Positions 34,472 to 43,474 of a DNA stretch of 64,000 nucleotides are shown here, one piece after another (the stretch's first letter is position 1; every line of letters starts with the position of its first letter). The position numbers were made by a program, and so were the translations under genes. The DNA lies in the IMG/VR virus record IMGVR_UViG_3300046463_000520, positions 34,470 through 98,469 of that record. One strand, given 5' to 3'. A model generated the notes under the pieces. That model was not told the origin of the DNA. It saw only the letters and a list, made by a program, of their open reading frames with translations, and did not search any database. Source of the DNA: a virus.

Positions 34472-36106
34472 ATGTCTTTCTATCCGCATACTCGTGCCCT
34501 TGGCGCGCAGTCGGGCGTGCAACTGAATCCGGTCCGTGACAACACGGATGGGTTCGTGACGCAGGCGACCGATCAAACCGTTGCATTCGCTGGCCGCTTC
34601 TCGCGCGGGCGAATCGACGCACCTTTCAAAATCAACCGCGCGAATATCAAGCGCAAGCTCGGCGCTCCGCAGTCGATCCGCGTGTCGGCACTCAACGAGT
34701 GCTATGTGCAGGTCTATGAAGCCGTGAATAACGGCGCGCGCGAAGCGGTCATTTCCCGTCTGTCGGTTGCGGGCGCGACGAACAAGTTCGCCGTGTTCAA
34801 TATCGACGTATCGGGCATCGGCTCCTTTACCGCCGCCGATACCGCGCCGACGGGAAGCTATGTCTTCTATCTGAAGGACATGGAATGCTTCAACGACGGC
34901 GTTCTGTTCGAAGTCAACGCGCTGAAGAACCTCGACGCGACCAACACGGCTATCGCGACCAAGCGCATCACCCTGCGCATCAAGGAACCGGACGGCACGC
35001 TTCGCTACGAAGTCACCGGCTCGCTCGATGACGGCGCGAAGGACGAATACGGTCAGGACGATTCGCTCGTCGCACGTTTGGCCGCTATCGCCCAATCGAA
35101 CATCAGCATTGTCTGCGCACAGACCGTGAGCATTGCGACGTCGGCTGAGTGCTACGGCAAGGCATCGGACGGCACGACGAAGCTCTCGAAGAACGCCGCC
35201 GCGCTCGTGCTGTTCTCCGAAGGTGGCACGGCGTACACGTCGGACGACTATGACCGCGCATTGGCCGCGCTCGAAAAGAGCACGCTCGATTACGGCTATG
35301 CGTCGTCGGGCGGCTCGCAATCGATCCCGCTGATTTCGAAGCTGGCGACGCTGAACATGCGCGCAAACCGCAACATGGCGATTGACGTGCCGGGCGACCT
35401 GTCGCCTGCCGCCGCCGCTACGTGGGTCGCGCAACTCGGCATTACCGGCGCGAACGCGCACCTGATTTCGTTCTATTGGGCACCGCTGCGCACGGACGAC
35501 CCGCTGAACGGCGGTCGCGCGGTCATCGGCACGTCGGGCCTGCAATTGGGCTTCCGCTGCGGTCGCAACGCACAGACGAACTCGTATGGCTTGTCGCCGA
35601 AGAACTTCCCGATTGCCGGGAAAGATTGGGCTATCAACCGGACCGGCATCGAACAACTGTCCAACCCCGACGAATTCCAACTGTCGGACTTGGCTGAAGC
35701 GCAAATCAACCCGGTCATTTTCCAGACCTATAACGGCGGCTCCGGCTTCGTGTTCTTCGACTCGCTCACGGCGGCGAAGACCAATGGCTATCGCAAGCTG
35801 ATTTCGGTCGCGGAAATGTCTTCGTCGCTGGACGACATGATTGCCAAGCAAGCCAAGGCAAACATGCAACTGCCGATGGACATTTCGATTTCGCGCACGG
35901 AAAAGTGGATCAAGGCATTGCTTGGCGGCGCGCGCTCGTCGGGCTGGCTGGTTGCATCGAACGATCCGGCGCTTGGCGAACAAGGCTGGGTCGTGAGCGT
36001 CACGCGCAACGCACAGCGCCCGTCGGACCGTATGGATATCGCCTACGGCGCGCATTACGACGGCGTGAATCGCGCGACGTACATCCAACAAACCATTTCG
36101 GCATAA
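34472..36106 (+). CDS. Tail sheath protein (P1 gp22-like)
   Basis: GRFSRGRIDAPF N-terminus, INPV, YDGVNR C-terminus; 544 aa. Confidence 0.8.
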   Translation: MSFYPHTRALGAQSGVQLNPVRDNTDGFVTQATDQTVAFAGRFSRGRIDAPFKINRANIKRKLGAPQSIRVSALNECYVQVYEAVNNGAREAVISRLSVAGATNKFAVFNIDVSGIGSFTAADTAPTGSYVFYLKDMECFNDGVLFEVNALKNLDATNTAIATKRITLRIKEPDGTLRYEVTGSLDDGAKDEYGQDDSLVARLAAIAQSNISIVCAQTVSIATSAECYGKASDGTTKLSKNAAALVLFSEGGTAYTSDDYDRALAALEKSTLDYGYASSGGSQSIPLISKLATLNMRANRNMAIDVPGDLSPAAAATWVAQLGITGANAHLISFYWAPLRTDDPLNGGRAVIGTSGLQLGFRCGRNAQTNSYGLSPKNFPIAGKDWAINRTGIEQLSNPDEFQLSDLAEAQINPVIFQTYNGGSGFVFFDSLTAAKTNGYRKLISVAEMSSSLDDMIAKQAKANMQLPMDISISRTEKWIKALLGGARSSGWLVASNDPALGEQGWVVSVTRNAQRPSDRMDIAYGAHYDGVNRATYIQQTISA

Positions 36107-36115
36107 GGAACAGTC

Positions 36116-36844
36116 ATGTTCAAAGACACTCATTCCGCCGCTGACTTGATGCGCGGCCTGCTCACGCCTGCCCCGAAGGAAGTAAAGGGCAAGTACATCA
36201 TGGACGACGCGGACGACGGCGAAGAAGCCGGTCCCGCGTCGGACTATGCCGGGCAGCAAATGCGCGTGACGGCGGCAAGCATCGCGCAGCAATTCGCGGC
36301 AACGGACGACTTGGGCGACGATGAATCGCTCGCCGACCGCCTCATGATGCTCGTGGTCGGCGCGGTCGATGCCGATATCGACGGCGAACTGTCGGAAGAC
36401 GAAAGCGCGGTCGCGGAAATCCTGCTGAATTACCTGTGGGATTACCTCTCGCTCAAGGGCGTGTCGGACGACGACGCGAGCGCGCTGCTCAACGATTGGG
36501 ACGCGGACGCGGCGGGTCGTGTGAAAGACCTGCTCGCTGAAGAACTGCCCGGCGATGACGAAGCCGCTGCTGAAGACATCGACTCGTTCGCGTTCGATGA
36601 CGAAAGCTCGTCGGCGATTTTCGATTCCGCCAATGGCGAATTCTTGTATGACGCGGTGTACAAGAAGAAGGTCGTCATCAAAAACGGCCGGAAGACGAAG
36701 ATCAACAAGCGCATTTCGGGCAACGTGCGTCTGAACGCAAAGCAGAAAATCGCCGTGCGTAAGATGCAGCGCAAGTCGCATACCGCGACCGCGACCATCA
36801 AGCGCATCAAGTCGATGCGCAAACGCGCGCAGGCGGGCCTGTAA
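36116..36844 (+). CDS. Prohead core/scaffold-like protein
   Basis: Very acidic N-terminal part and very basic C-terminus ending KSMRKR..GL, reminiscent of T4 core proteins gp67/gp68. Confidence 0.55.
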   Translation: MFKDTHSAADLMRGLLTPAPKEVKGKYIMDDADDGEEAGPASDYAGQQMRVTAASIAQQFAATDDLGDDESLADRLMMLVVGAVDADIDGELSEDESAVAEILLNYLWDYLSLKGVSDDDASALLNDWDADAAGRVKDLLAEELPGDDEAAAEDIDSFAFDDESSSAIFDSANGEFLYDAVYKKKVVIKNGRKTKINKRISGNVRLNAKQKIAVRKMQRKSHTATATIKRIKSMRKRAQAGL

Positions 36845-37677
36845 TGCCGTCGGCAGACCGCCTTTCCGGGGCGTCTTCGTCCCGCATCCTGTCTTCGGAT
36901 TGGGGCGGTCTGTCTCGCGCCCTAATCGCCGTTTTTTATCCAATGAAGTTCGTCAAGGGTAGCGACGGCTGGACGCAAAGCCGCGACGTGCGCTCGCTCG
37001 TCGCGGACGACTCGTATCAGGTCGATGACGGCTACGAAGTGCATTGTCCGATCACGGACGGCAGCTTCGAAATGTCGATGAACTGGACGTCGCCCTTCGA
37101 AGGCGCGGGCGCTGAATCGAAGGCCCCGACCCTTTCGGCGATGCTGCAATCCGGTCAACTCACGAAGACCGTACAGGCATTCATCGACACGGTAGGCGCG
37201 GGCGACAACGCGACCGCACAATCGGCGCTCTCGACCATCGCCCAATCGACCGGGCGCACCGGCATGACGAAGCTGAACTCGACGCAGACCTTCACCGGTA
37301 TGCCGCCTGCGAAGCTGAACGCGACGCTGCATTTTCGTGCGGTGAAAGACCCGCTCGCGGAAGTGCGCGACCCGATTTCGATGCTCGAACAGTGGTCGGT
37401 TCCGCAACTGCTCGCGAGTGAATCCGTGCTCGGCAATGCCGCATCCACAAAGGGCAGCAATGGCCTTGTGCAAACCATCTATCCGTCGGTCGTGCCGCAG
37501 ATTCTAGGGATGCGATACGGCGACATGGTGCTAGGCCCTGTCGTCATTGAATCCATCGGACGCCCTGTAACCAACCCGCGCACGGTCGAAGGGCTGTTGA
37601 CGACGTGCAGCGTGCAAGTGTCGATTTCGACCCTTGCCGCGCTCGACCGGCGCGACATTCGAGCAATGTACCTATGA
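36844..37677 (+). CDS. Baseplate tube initiator-like protein
   Basis: NWTSPFE..LNSTQTF.G.PP; structural operon. Confidence 0.5.
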   Translation: MPSADRLSGASSSRILSSDWGGLSRALIAVFYPMKFVKGSDGWTQSRDVRSLVADDSYQVDDGYEVHCPITDGSFEMSMNWTSPFEGAGAESKAPTLSAMLQSGQLTKTVQAFIDTVGAGDNATAQSALSTIAQSTGRTGMTKLNSTQTFTGMPPAKLNATLHFRAVKDPLAEVRDPISMLEQWSVPQLLASESVLGNAASTKGSNGLVQTIYPSVVPQILGMRYGDMVLGPVVIESIGRPVTNPRTVEGLLTTCSVQVSISTLAALDRRDIRAMYL

Positions 37678-38432
37678 CCCCTATCGACGTTTTGCGCACG
37701 GCGCGGCTCGAAGTGCGCATGTCCGAACTGCCTATCGGCGACGAAATCGAACTGTGCTACATGCCGGACGGTTCGCACGAGAAGGCCCTATCCGAATTCC
37801 TGCGGCGCGTCGTCACGGACGCCGAACAGAAGTCTGAACGGCACGTCACGGACCCGCGCGCGTGGACGCTTGGCGAGCGCTACCTTGCGCTTGCGCACTA
37901 TAACCGCGCGGTACGCGAAGACGGTCCGAACTATCAGGTCACGGAAAGCACGAAGCTGTCCGATTACCTGATTCGCGAGCGTGACATGCAAGCGCCTGTC
38001 ACGTTTGAAGCGAACGGGGATACCTGGACTTTTTCGCCCGCGACGGGCGCGGCGCTCGAAGCGCTCGAAGAACTGCGCTTCTCGGTTGCCCGGCCCGGCC
38101 TGCCGCTGTGGATTTTCGGGCTTATGGCGATCCAGCTTACGCGCGCCGCCGACGTCGAGCGGCCCGACCCGATTGCCGCAGGCGAAGACTACGCGACATG
38201 GCTTGAGACGCGCATCGCGACGATGCAGGCCCTACCCGCTTCTGTCGCTGAAAACCTGTACCGCGAACACGCCGCCGCGCAGGAACAAGCCTCTCAATTT
38301 TTCCGCGTGTGGTGCGATGCTGAAGGCGTGATTGTCATGCCAAAGGAAGCGGGCGGCGGTTTGCCGCCTGCGCGATTTCGCATTTACGCAGGCTTCAGTC
38401 AAATGGCGCTCGCAATCACTGGAAAGTCTTAA
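37674..38432 (+). CDS. Baseplate/tail assembly chaperone-like protein
   Basis: ATGA overlap; DPRAWT..ER. Confidence 0.45.
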   Translation: MTPIDVLRTARLEVRMSELPIGDEIELCYMPDGSHEKALSEFLRRVVTDAEQKSERHVTDPRAWTLGERYLALAHYNRAVREDGPNYQVTESTKLSDYLIRERDMQAPVTFEANGDTWTFSPATGAALEALEELRFSVARPGLPLWIFGLMAIQLTRAADVERPDPIAAGEDYATWLETRIATMQALPASVAENLYREHAAAQEQASQFFRVWCDAEGVIVMPKEAGGGLPPARFRIYAGFSQMALAITGKS

Positions 38433-38661
38433 AGAGTGCGCGGCAAATCTGTTCTTAAACTTCGGTATCGACTTTGACAAAGCACTGCGGATGAATCGCT
38501 CGGATATTCGGGCGGTGTTCGAATCGAAACAGTTCAAGGAATGGAAGCGCGGGCGTGAAGCGGAAAACCGCATGACGAGCGCGCAGATTGAACGGCTCGA
38601 CAACATCGTTCGAAGCATCGGCAGTCTCGGCAAAGTCTTGGCACAACGGCGCATTTTCTAG
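38419..38661 (+). CDS. Small tail assembly protein (start uncertain)
   Basis: +1 frame ORF overlapping the previous stop; first in-frame ATG after the overlap is at 38491. Confidence 0.45.
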   Translation: MESLKECAANLFLNFGIDFDKALRMNRSDIRAVFESKQFKEWKRGREAENRMTSAQIERLDNIVRSIGSLGKVLAQRRIF

Positions 38662-38698
38662 CCGCCGTTGTTTCACTGACCTTAGAACAGGGCTTCAC

Positions 38699-39139
38699 AT
38701 GACTTCGCGCCAAGGCTGTATCGCTACTTCCGTGCTGCGCTTCTATATCTGCGGCCTTGCGGTGTTTGCGTGGTTCATGGCGTTTCACGAATCGCGCTCC
38801 ATGAACTTCCTCGCCGCGACCTTCCCTGAAGGCGCGGCGGTCTACTGGATGATGTTTGTGTGCGGCATGATCGGCATTGCTGACGTCATCGTGAATGACC
38901 TCTCGAACAAAACCCGCTGGCTGACCCTGCAACACAACCGGCACTTCGGTTTTCTGGCGCTCGCATTCTCCTACGCCTATCTCTCGTTTATCGCCGTACT
39001 CAAAGTCGCTTCCCCGCCGCTGGCCTTTTACAGTTTGTGGAACACGGTTTTCATTATCGGCTTCGCCTTGCTGGACGCTCACCAACGTTCAGCGCTACAC
39101 ATGAAGGAAGCCGCTCATGCACGCCGCAAGCCAGCTTAA
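38699..39139 (+). CDS. Multi-pass membrane protein (holin/antiholin candidate)
   Basis: About four hydrophobic segments; start of lysis cassette. Confidence 0.55.
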   Translation: MTSRQGCIATSVLRFYICGLAVFAWFMAFHESRSMNFLAATFPEGAAVYWMMFVCGMIGIADVIVNDLSNKTRWLTLQHNRHFGFLALAFSYAYLSFIAVLKVASPPLAFYSLWNTVFIIGFALLDAHQRSALHMKEAAHARRKPA

Positions 39140-39566
39140 AAATTCCATTTCCGCGTTCCTGCTGCTGTTCTGGTCGTGCGCGGCCTATGCAGCGCAGGCG
39201 ACCTTTGTCGGCGACCTGCGCGAGATTCCGCCCGCTGCGGTCGCAATCTCGTTGCTGCTGTCACTGATTGGCGGTGCGGCTTATACCGCTTCGAAAATCG
39301 CGTCGCCGACGGTCACGATTAAGAGCGTGCCTGCGGAAGTGATTAAGGACGTGCTCACGTCCATCGTGGTGGGCTTTATCACCTTCTGTCTTGGCTCCTA
39401 CATGGAATGGCCTGCGGTCATTCAGGCGGGGCTTATCACGCTTGCGGGCTATGGCGGCTCGCGCGTGCTCGAACCAATGCTCGCATGGGCGATGGCGAAG
39501 GGCGCAAAGCTGTTTGGCACGGACGCGCCGCCCGCGCTCCCCTCACCTACTGACGACACGAAATGA
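39117..39566 (+). CDS. Holin-like membrane protein
   Basis: Hydrophobic segments, AGYGGSRVL; overlaps the endolysin start. Confidence 0.65.
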   Translation: MHAASQLKNSISAFLLLFWSCAAYAAQATFVGDLREIPPAAVAISLLLSLIGGAAYTASKIASPTVTIKSVPAEVIKDVLTSIVVGFITFCLGSYMEWPAVIQAGLITLAGYGGSRVLEPMLAWAMAKGAKLFGTDAPPALPSPTDDTK

Positions 39567-40198
39567 ATGTAACGCTCGCGCAACTGCGAAAGCTCGCGCC
39601 CACGTCATCGGCCCCGCTCGCGGATTGGGTCGCGCCGCTCAATGCGGCGATGGCCGAATTCGGCATCACGACCGAACAACGCATCGAAATGTTCCTCGCG
39701 CAGATTCTTCACGAGTCGCGGGGCCTCTCTGCGCTCGTTGAAAACCTCAACTACAGCGCGGAAGGTTTGGCGCGGACATGGGACCGCTACAGCGCGAGCG
39801 GCAAGCGCGGCGGTGCGCCCAATACGCTCGCACAGAAGCTCGCGCGCCGCCCGGAAGCCATCGCCAACAACGTGTATGCGAATCGGCTTGGCAACGGCTC
39901 GGAAGCGGGCGGCGAAGGGTTCATGTATCGCGGGCGCGGTCCGATCATGACGACCGGCAAGGCGAACTATCAGGTCATCGAAAACCGCCTGTCGATTCGC
40001 TGCGTGGCGAATCCCGACCTGCTCACGCATCCGCTCGAAGGCTCGCGCGCGGCGGCGTTCTTCTGGAAGTCGCACGGCCTGAATGAAGTCGCCGATACCG
40101 GCGCGTTCAAGGCGACGACGAAGGTCATCAACGGCGGCGACATTGGCGGCGCGGAACGTATCGGCTTGTGGGAACTCGCGAAGGTGGTCATCGCATGA
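39563..40198 (+). CDS. Endolysin, glycoside hydrolase family 19
   Basis: MFLAQILHES..ENLNYS..YRGRG..TGKANY..INGG. Confidence 0.9.
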   Translation: MNVTLAQLRKLAPTSSAPLADWVAPLNAAMAEFGITTEQRIEMFLAQILHESRGLSALVENLNYSAEGLARTWDRYSASGKRGGAPNTLAQKLARRPEAIANNVYANRLGNGSEAGGEGFMYRGRGPIMTTGKANYQVIENRLSIRCVANPDLLTHPLEGSRAAAFFWKSHGLNEVADTGAFKATTKVINGGDIGGAERIGLWELAKVVIA

Positions 40199-40773
40199 AC
40201 GACATTACGAAAGGGCACGCGCTGCACGACACGATGACTGTGGACGTCAATGTGCCGGAACACGAAAAGCGCGAGACGACGGCACTGTTTCGCCGCACGC
40301 GCGAACTGCTGATTGCGCGCGAGCATGGCCGCTGCTTTGTCTCGCGCAGGACCGCCGCGCAACTTGGTCATCCGCTCGAAGCGCATCACCATCCCATCGA
40401 ACGCTCGATGGCGGAAATGATTGATTGGGACCGCTTTTCACTCGACGCGAAGAAAGGCATGTACGGCCCGCACGCCGCCGCGTTCGATTGGGAAGGCTTC
40501 TTCGAAGGCGCGACGATGCAGCGCGTCGAAGTGCCTGCGACCGACGACGAAGAAGCCTACACGGTCACGATGCGCATTCCGCGCGACCCGTATCTGTTCG
40601 TGGATGACATGACCGTCAACGGCCTGTTGCTCGGGAAGGACTATCACACCGGCAACGACGAAGGCATTCACCGACTTCCCTATCCGCTTTGGCTTGCGCG
40701 CGTGTACGGGCGGGAAGGCTACGTTTTTTCGAGCGTAGAGACGATTCACAACGCGCGCTTTCAACCTGAATGA
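40195..40773 (+). CDS. His-rich HNH-like hypothetical protein
   Basis: LEAHH..IE, N..LL...H...GIH.LPYP.W; Zn ligands partly degenerate. Confidence 0.45.
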   Translation: MNDITKGHALHDTMTVDVNVPEHEKRETTALFRRTRELLIAREHGRCFVSRRTAAQLGHPLEAHHHPIERSMAEMIDWDRFSLDAKKGMYGPHAAAFDWEGFFEGATMQRVEVPATDDEEAYTVTMRIPRDPYLFVDDMTVNGLLLGKDYHTGNDEGIHRLPYPLWLARVYGREGYVFSSVETIHNARFQPE

Positions 40774-40781
40774 GAAAAACC

Positions 40782-41312
40782 ATGAAACCTCTGCATCACA
40801 TTCTGCTGTTCGTGGCGCTCGTCATCGGCGGCGCGCTTCTCACTCTGTCCGGCTGTGCTGCGCCCGTCACGCCGTCCGCGCTCGTCGCCGCTGCGCCGGT
40901 ATCGGCGAGTGCCGCCGCGCCCGCTGTAGCGCCCGCCACGCCCGCCGCCAGTGCGAAAGTGCAGGCGCTTGCCGCGACCATCGACCGCCAATGTCGTATC
41001 GGCCTGCCGTTCATGCAATCGCTGCTCGCGCTGCAAACCGATCCGGGCGCGGTCGCGCTCGTGACGAAGACGCAAGCCGATGCCGTGAAAGTCTGCGCGG
41101 TTGCCGCGACACTGGCCGCGCCGCCCTTCGGCGTATCCACACTGCCAACACTCGACCTAGCCGCGATCAATGCCTTTGCCGCGCAGCGTGTGCCCGACCT
41201 ACTTGTGCTCGTGAAGAACTCGAACCTGTCAGACACACAGAAGACCGCCGCGACCCTCTCGATTACCGGCGCGCAACTCGTGCTACTGACGGCCACGGCG
41301 GGCGGGCTGTAA
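40782..41312 (+). CDS. Lipoprotein (spanin-like candidate)
   Basis: Lipobox LSGC; in lysis cassette. Confidence 0.55.
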   Translation: MKPLHHILLFVALVIGGALLTLSGCAAPVTPSALVAAAPVSASAAAPAVAPATPAASAKVQALAATIDRQCRIGLPFMQSLLALQTDPGAVALVTKTQADAVKVCAVAATLAAPPFGVSTLPTLDLAAINAFAAQRVPDLLVLVKNSNLSDTQKTAATLSITGAQLVLLTATAGGL

Positions 41313-41752
41313 TGGGCCGCTTCGTCACGCTGCTGAAGGTCGAGCCTGCATCGGCTTTTGACGGGCAGGAATGGCGGCTTCTCGACAAGCTCGTGTTCGT
41401 GTCGGACGTCGCCGGGCGCATCGTCGTGCCTGCCGGGTTCGTGACGAATTTCGCGAGCGTGCCGCGCGTGCCGGTCATCTATGAACTGACCGGCAACACG
41501 TCGAGCATGGCCGCGACCGTGCATGACTACCTGTACACCACGCACGCCGTTTCGCGAGACGTCGCGGACGCGGTGCTGCGCGAAGCATCGGAAGCAACGA
41601 AGGTTCCGGGCTGGCGTCGCTGGATCATGTGGGCGGGCGTGAGAGTCTTCGGCGGCTCGCATTGGGGCACTGCCGCGACCGACAACAGTCCGGCCCGCGA
41701 GAAGGCCGCACACGCGCCCGACGAAACGCAGGTCATCTACGCGCGACCGTAG
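41312..41752 (+). CDS. DUF1353 family protein
   Basis: VPAGFVTNFASVPR..AATVHDYLY..ADAVL..W.GVR.FG. Confidence 0.85.
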   Translation: MGRFVTLLKVEPASAFDGQEWRLLDKLVFVSDVAGRIVVPAGFVTNFASVPRVPVIYELTGNTSSMAATVHDYLYTTHAVSRDVADAVLREASEATKVPGWRRWIMWAGVRVFGGSHWGTAATDNSPAREKAAHAPDETQVIYARP

Positions 41753-41820
41753 GAAAACGCAAACGCGCCTTTCGAAAAGTGCCGCTGAGACTGAACGCCG
41801 AAGTACGGGGAACCGTGCTT
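41750..41820 (+). promoter_or_regulatory. Late promoter L6 plus 5' hairpin
   Basis: TAGGAAAACG-N27-GAGACT; AAGTACGG-GGAA-CCGTGCTT hairpin. Confidence 0.8.
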
Positions 41821-41856
41821 CGGCGTTCTTCTTTCCAACAACTCGAAAGGTGTTAA

Positions 41857-42777
41857 ATGGATTGGCAACTGGATACGGATTTCGGCACGATTGACGGCTT
41901 CGGCGTCGATAACCGGCAGGCACTGCAAGACGCAATCAACTCGACCGCTGCGGCGGGCCGGGGTCTTTTCATCACCGGGCGCTACGGCGTTCAGTTCGAT
42001 AGCTCGCACGCGGAAATCGTCGTGCCGTCGAATGCTCACATCGCATTTCTGCCGGGTTCGGCGCTCAAGCTGCTGCCGCACAACCTGACGGCATACAACT
42101 TCTTCCTTATCGATGGCGCGTCGAACGTCGTCATCGAAAAGCCGGTTCTCGACGGCTCGAAGGAACTGAACGCGATGCCTCCGGGCGGTAACGACAACGA
42201 GTACGGCATGGGCATCGGCATGTACGATGCGACCAACGTCACGATCATCGACCCGGATATCCGCAATACGTGGGGCGATGGTATCTACATCGGCGGCGGC
42301 GCGAAGTGTCAGAACATCAACATTCACACGCCGGTCATCGGCGGCTGTCGTCGCAACGGCATTTCGGTCGTGACCGTGGATGGCCTGAAGGTCTGGAACC
42401 CGCTTATCAAGCGCATCAACGACACGAACCCGAAGGCCGGTATCGACTTCGAGCCGAACAACAACGACTGCGAACTGAAGAACATTTTCATCTATTCGCC
42501 GCGCACGGTGAACTGCAATCTCGGCATCGAGTTTTACATGGACAACTTTCCGGGTCCGAAGCCGAAGGTCGTGTCGATCAGCGTGCTCGATTTCAAGTCG
42601 ATCAATGACGGCGATACGTCGCTGTTCTTCGGCGACTTGCAAAAGGGTTCGTACAGCGTGTCGGGCACGATCAACGTGCATAACGTGCGCTACGTGAAGC
42701 CGAACATCGCCAAGGGCATCCAGAATTGGGACAACTCGATTGTCATGTCCGTGACCGGCGAATCGACCATCAGCTAA
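41857..42777 (+). CDS. Right-handed parallel beta-helix protein (depolymerase-like)
   Basis: DNRQALQDAIN, GDGIYI, RRNGISV, GIDFEPN; Asn/Ile-rich. Confidence 0.8.
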   Translation: MDWQLDTDFGTIDGFGVDNRQALQDAINSTAAAGRGLFITGRYGVQFDSSHAEIVVPSNAHIAFLPGSALKLLPHNLTAYNFFLIDGASNVVIEKPVLDGSKELNAMPPGGNDNEYGMGIGMYDATNVTIIDPDIRNTWGDGIYIGGGAKCQNINIHTPVIGGCRRNGISVVTVDGLKVWNPLIKRINDTNPKAGIDFEPNNNDCELKNIFIYSPRTVNCNLGIEFYMDNFPGPKPKVVSISVLDFKSINDGDTSLFFGDLQKGSYSVSGTINVHNVRYVKPNIAKGIQNWDNSIVMSVTGESTIS

Positions 42778-42814
42778 TCGCGGCGCAGATTTCCCGGCAA
42801 AGCGGCATTAAACG

Positions 42815-42844
42815 CTTGTCTGCTAATAGCGATTAGCAGACAAG
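42815..42844. repeat. Perfect 13-bp inverted repeat
   Basis: CTTGTCTGCTAAT-AGCG-ATTAGCAGACAAG. Confidence 0.85.
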
Positions 42845-42942
42845 GGCCTGCGGCTGATAAACTGGCCGCTGGTCGCCTGTTCTCACACGGTCGCACCGCA
42901 ATATGTCCCCGCCATCTGCAAAACATCGCATGGCGGGGATTT

Positions 42943-43410
42943 CTATTTCCCCGTCAGATACGCGCGCAACTCGCCGACATTCCAACGAGTCGAGCCGCCG
43001 ATTTTTCGCGGTTGAGGAAACCCGTCGTGCTTGGCCTTGGTCCATACGGTCGAAACATTGCAGTCGATCAGCGCGGCCACGACCTTAACATCGACCATCG
43101 CGGCATTCGGCAGGCTATCGAACCCGGATATGTCGAGCGACCGGACCGCTTTCTTTGAGTGCCGCGACGTGCCTTCTGGCAGTGTGGGCGGCTCGTATTT
43201 GGTCTTCCCGACCTTGTAGAACGTCGCCACGGCGCGGCCATAGTGCTCGCCCTCGCCCGCGTCGTTGAAGCCTTCAAACGACTCTATCGCCCCTTTCTCG
43301 CGTAGCATTTTCAATTGCGGGATGGACGCGAAGCCTGCCGCCTTAATTTGCCGGATGGTTGCCGGGCCGTTCGTCTCAAGCCATGCCATAAAACTTGCTG
43401 TCTTCGTCAT
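42943..43410 (-). CDS. wHTH plus AlpA/excisionase-like protein
   Basis: C-terminal STVW...DGFPQPRKIGGSTRW. Confidence 0.7.
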   Translation of the reverse strand: MTKTASFMAWLETNGPATIRQIKAAGFASIPQLKMLREKGAIESFEGFNDAGEGEHYGRAVATFYKVGKTKYEPPTLPEGTSRHSKKAVRSLDISGFDSLPNAAMVDVKVVAALIDCNVSTVWTKAKHDGFPQPRKIGGSTRWNVGELRAYLTGK

Positions 43411-43474
43411 AGTTATTCCCCGGTGTTCGTGATTCGCGAATAGCGAATGGGCCGCTCTGAGTCGGCCCGGATTG

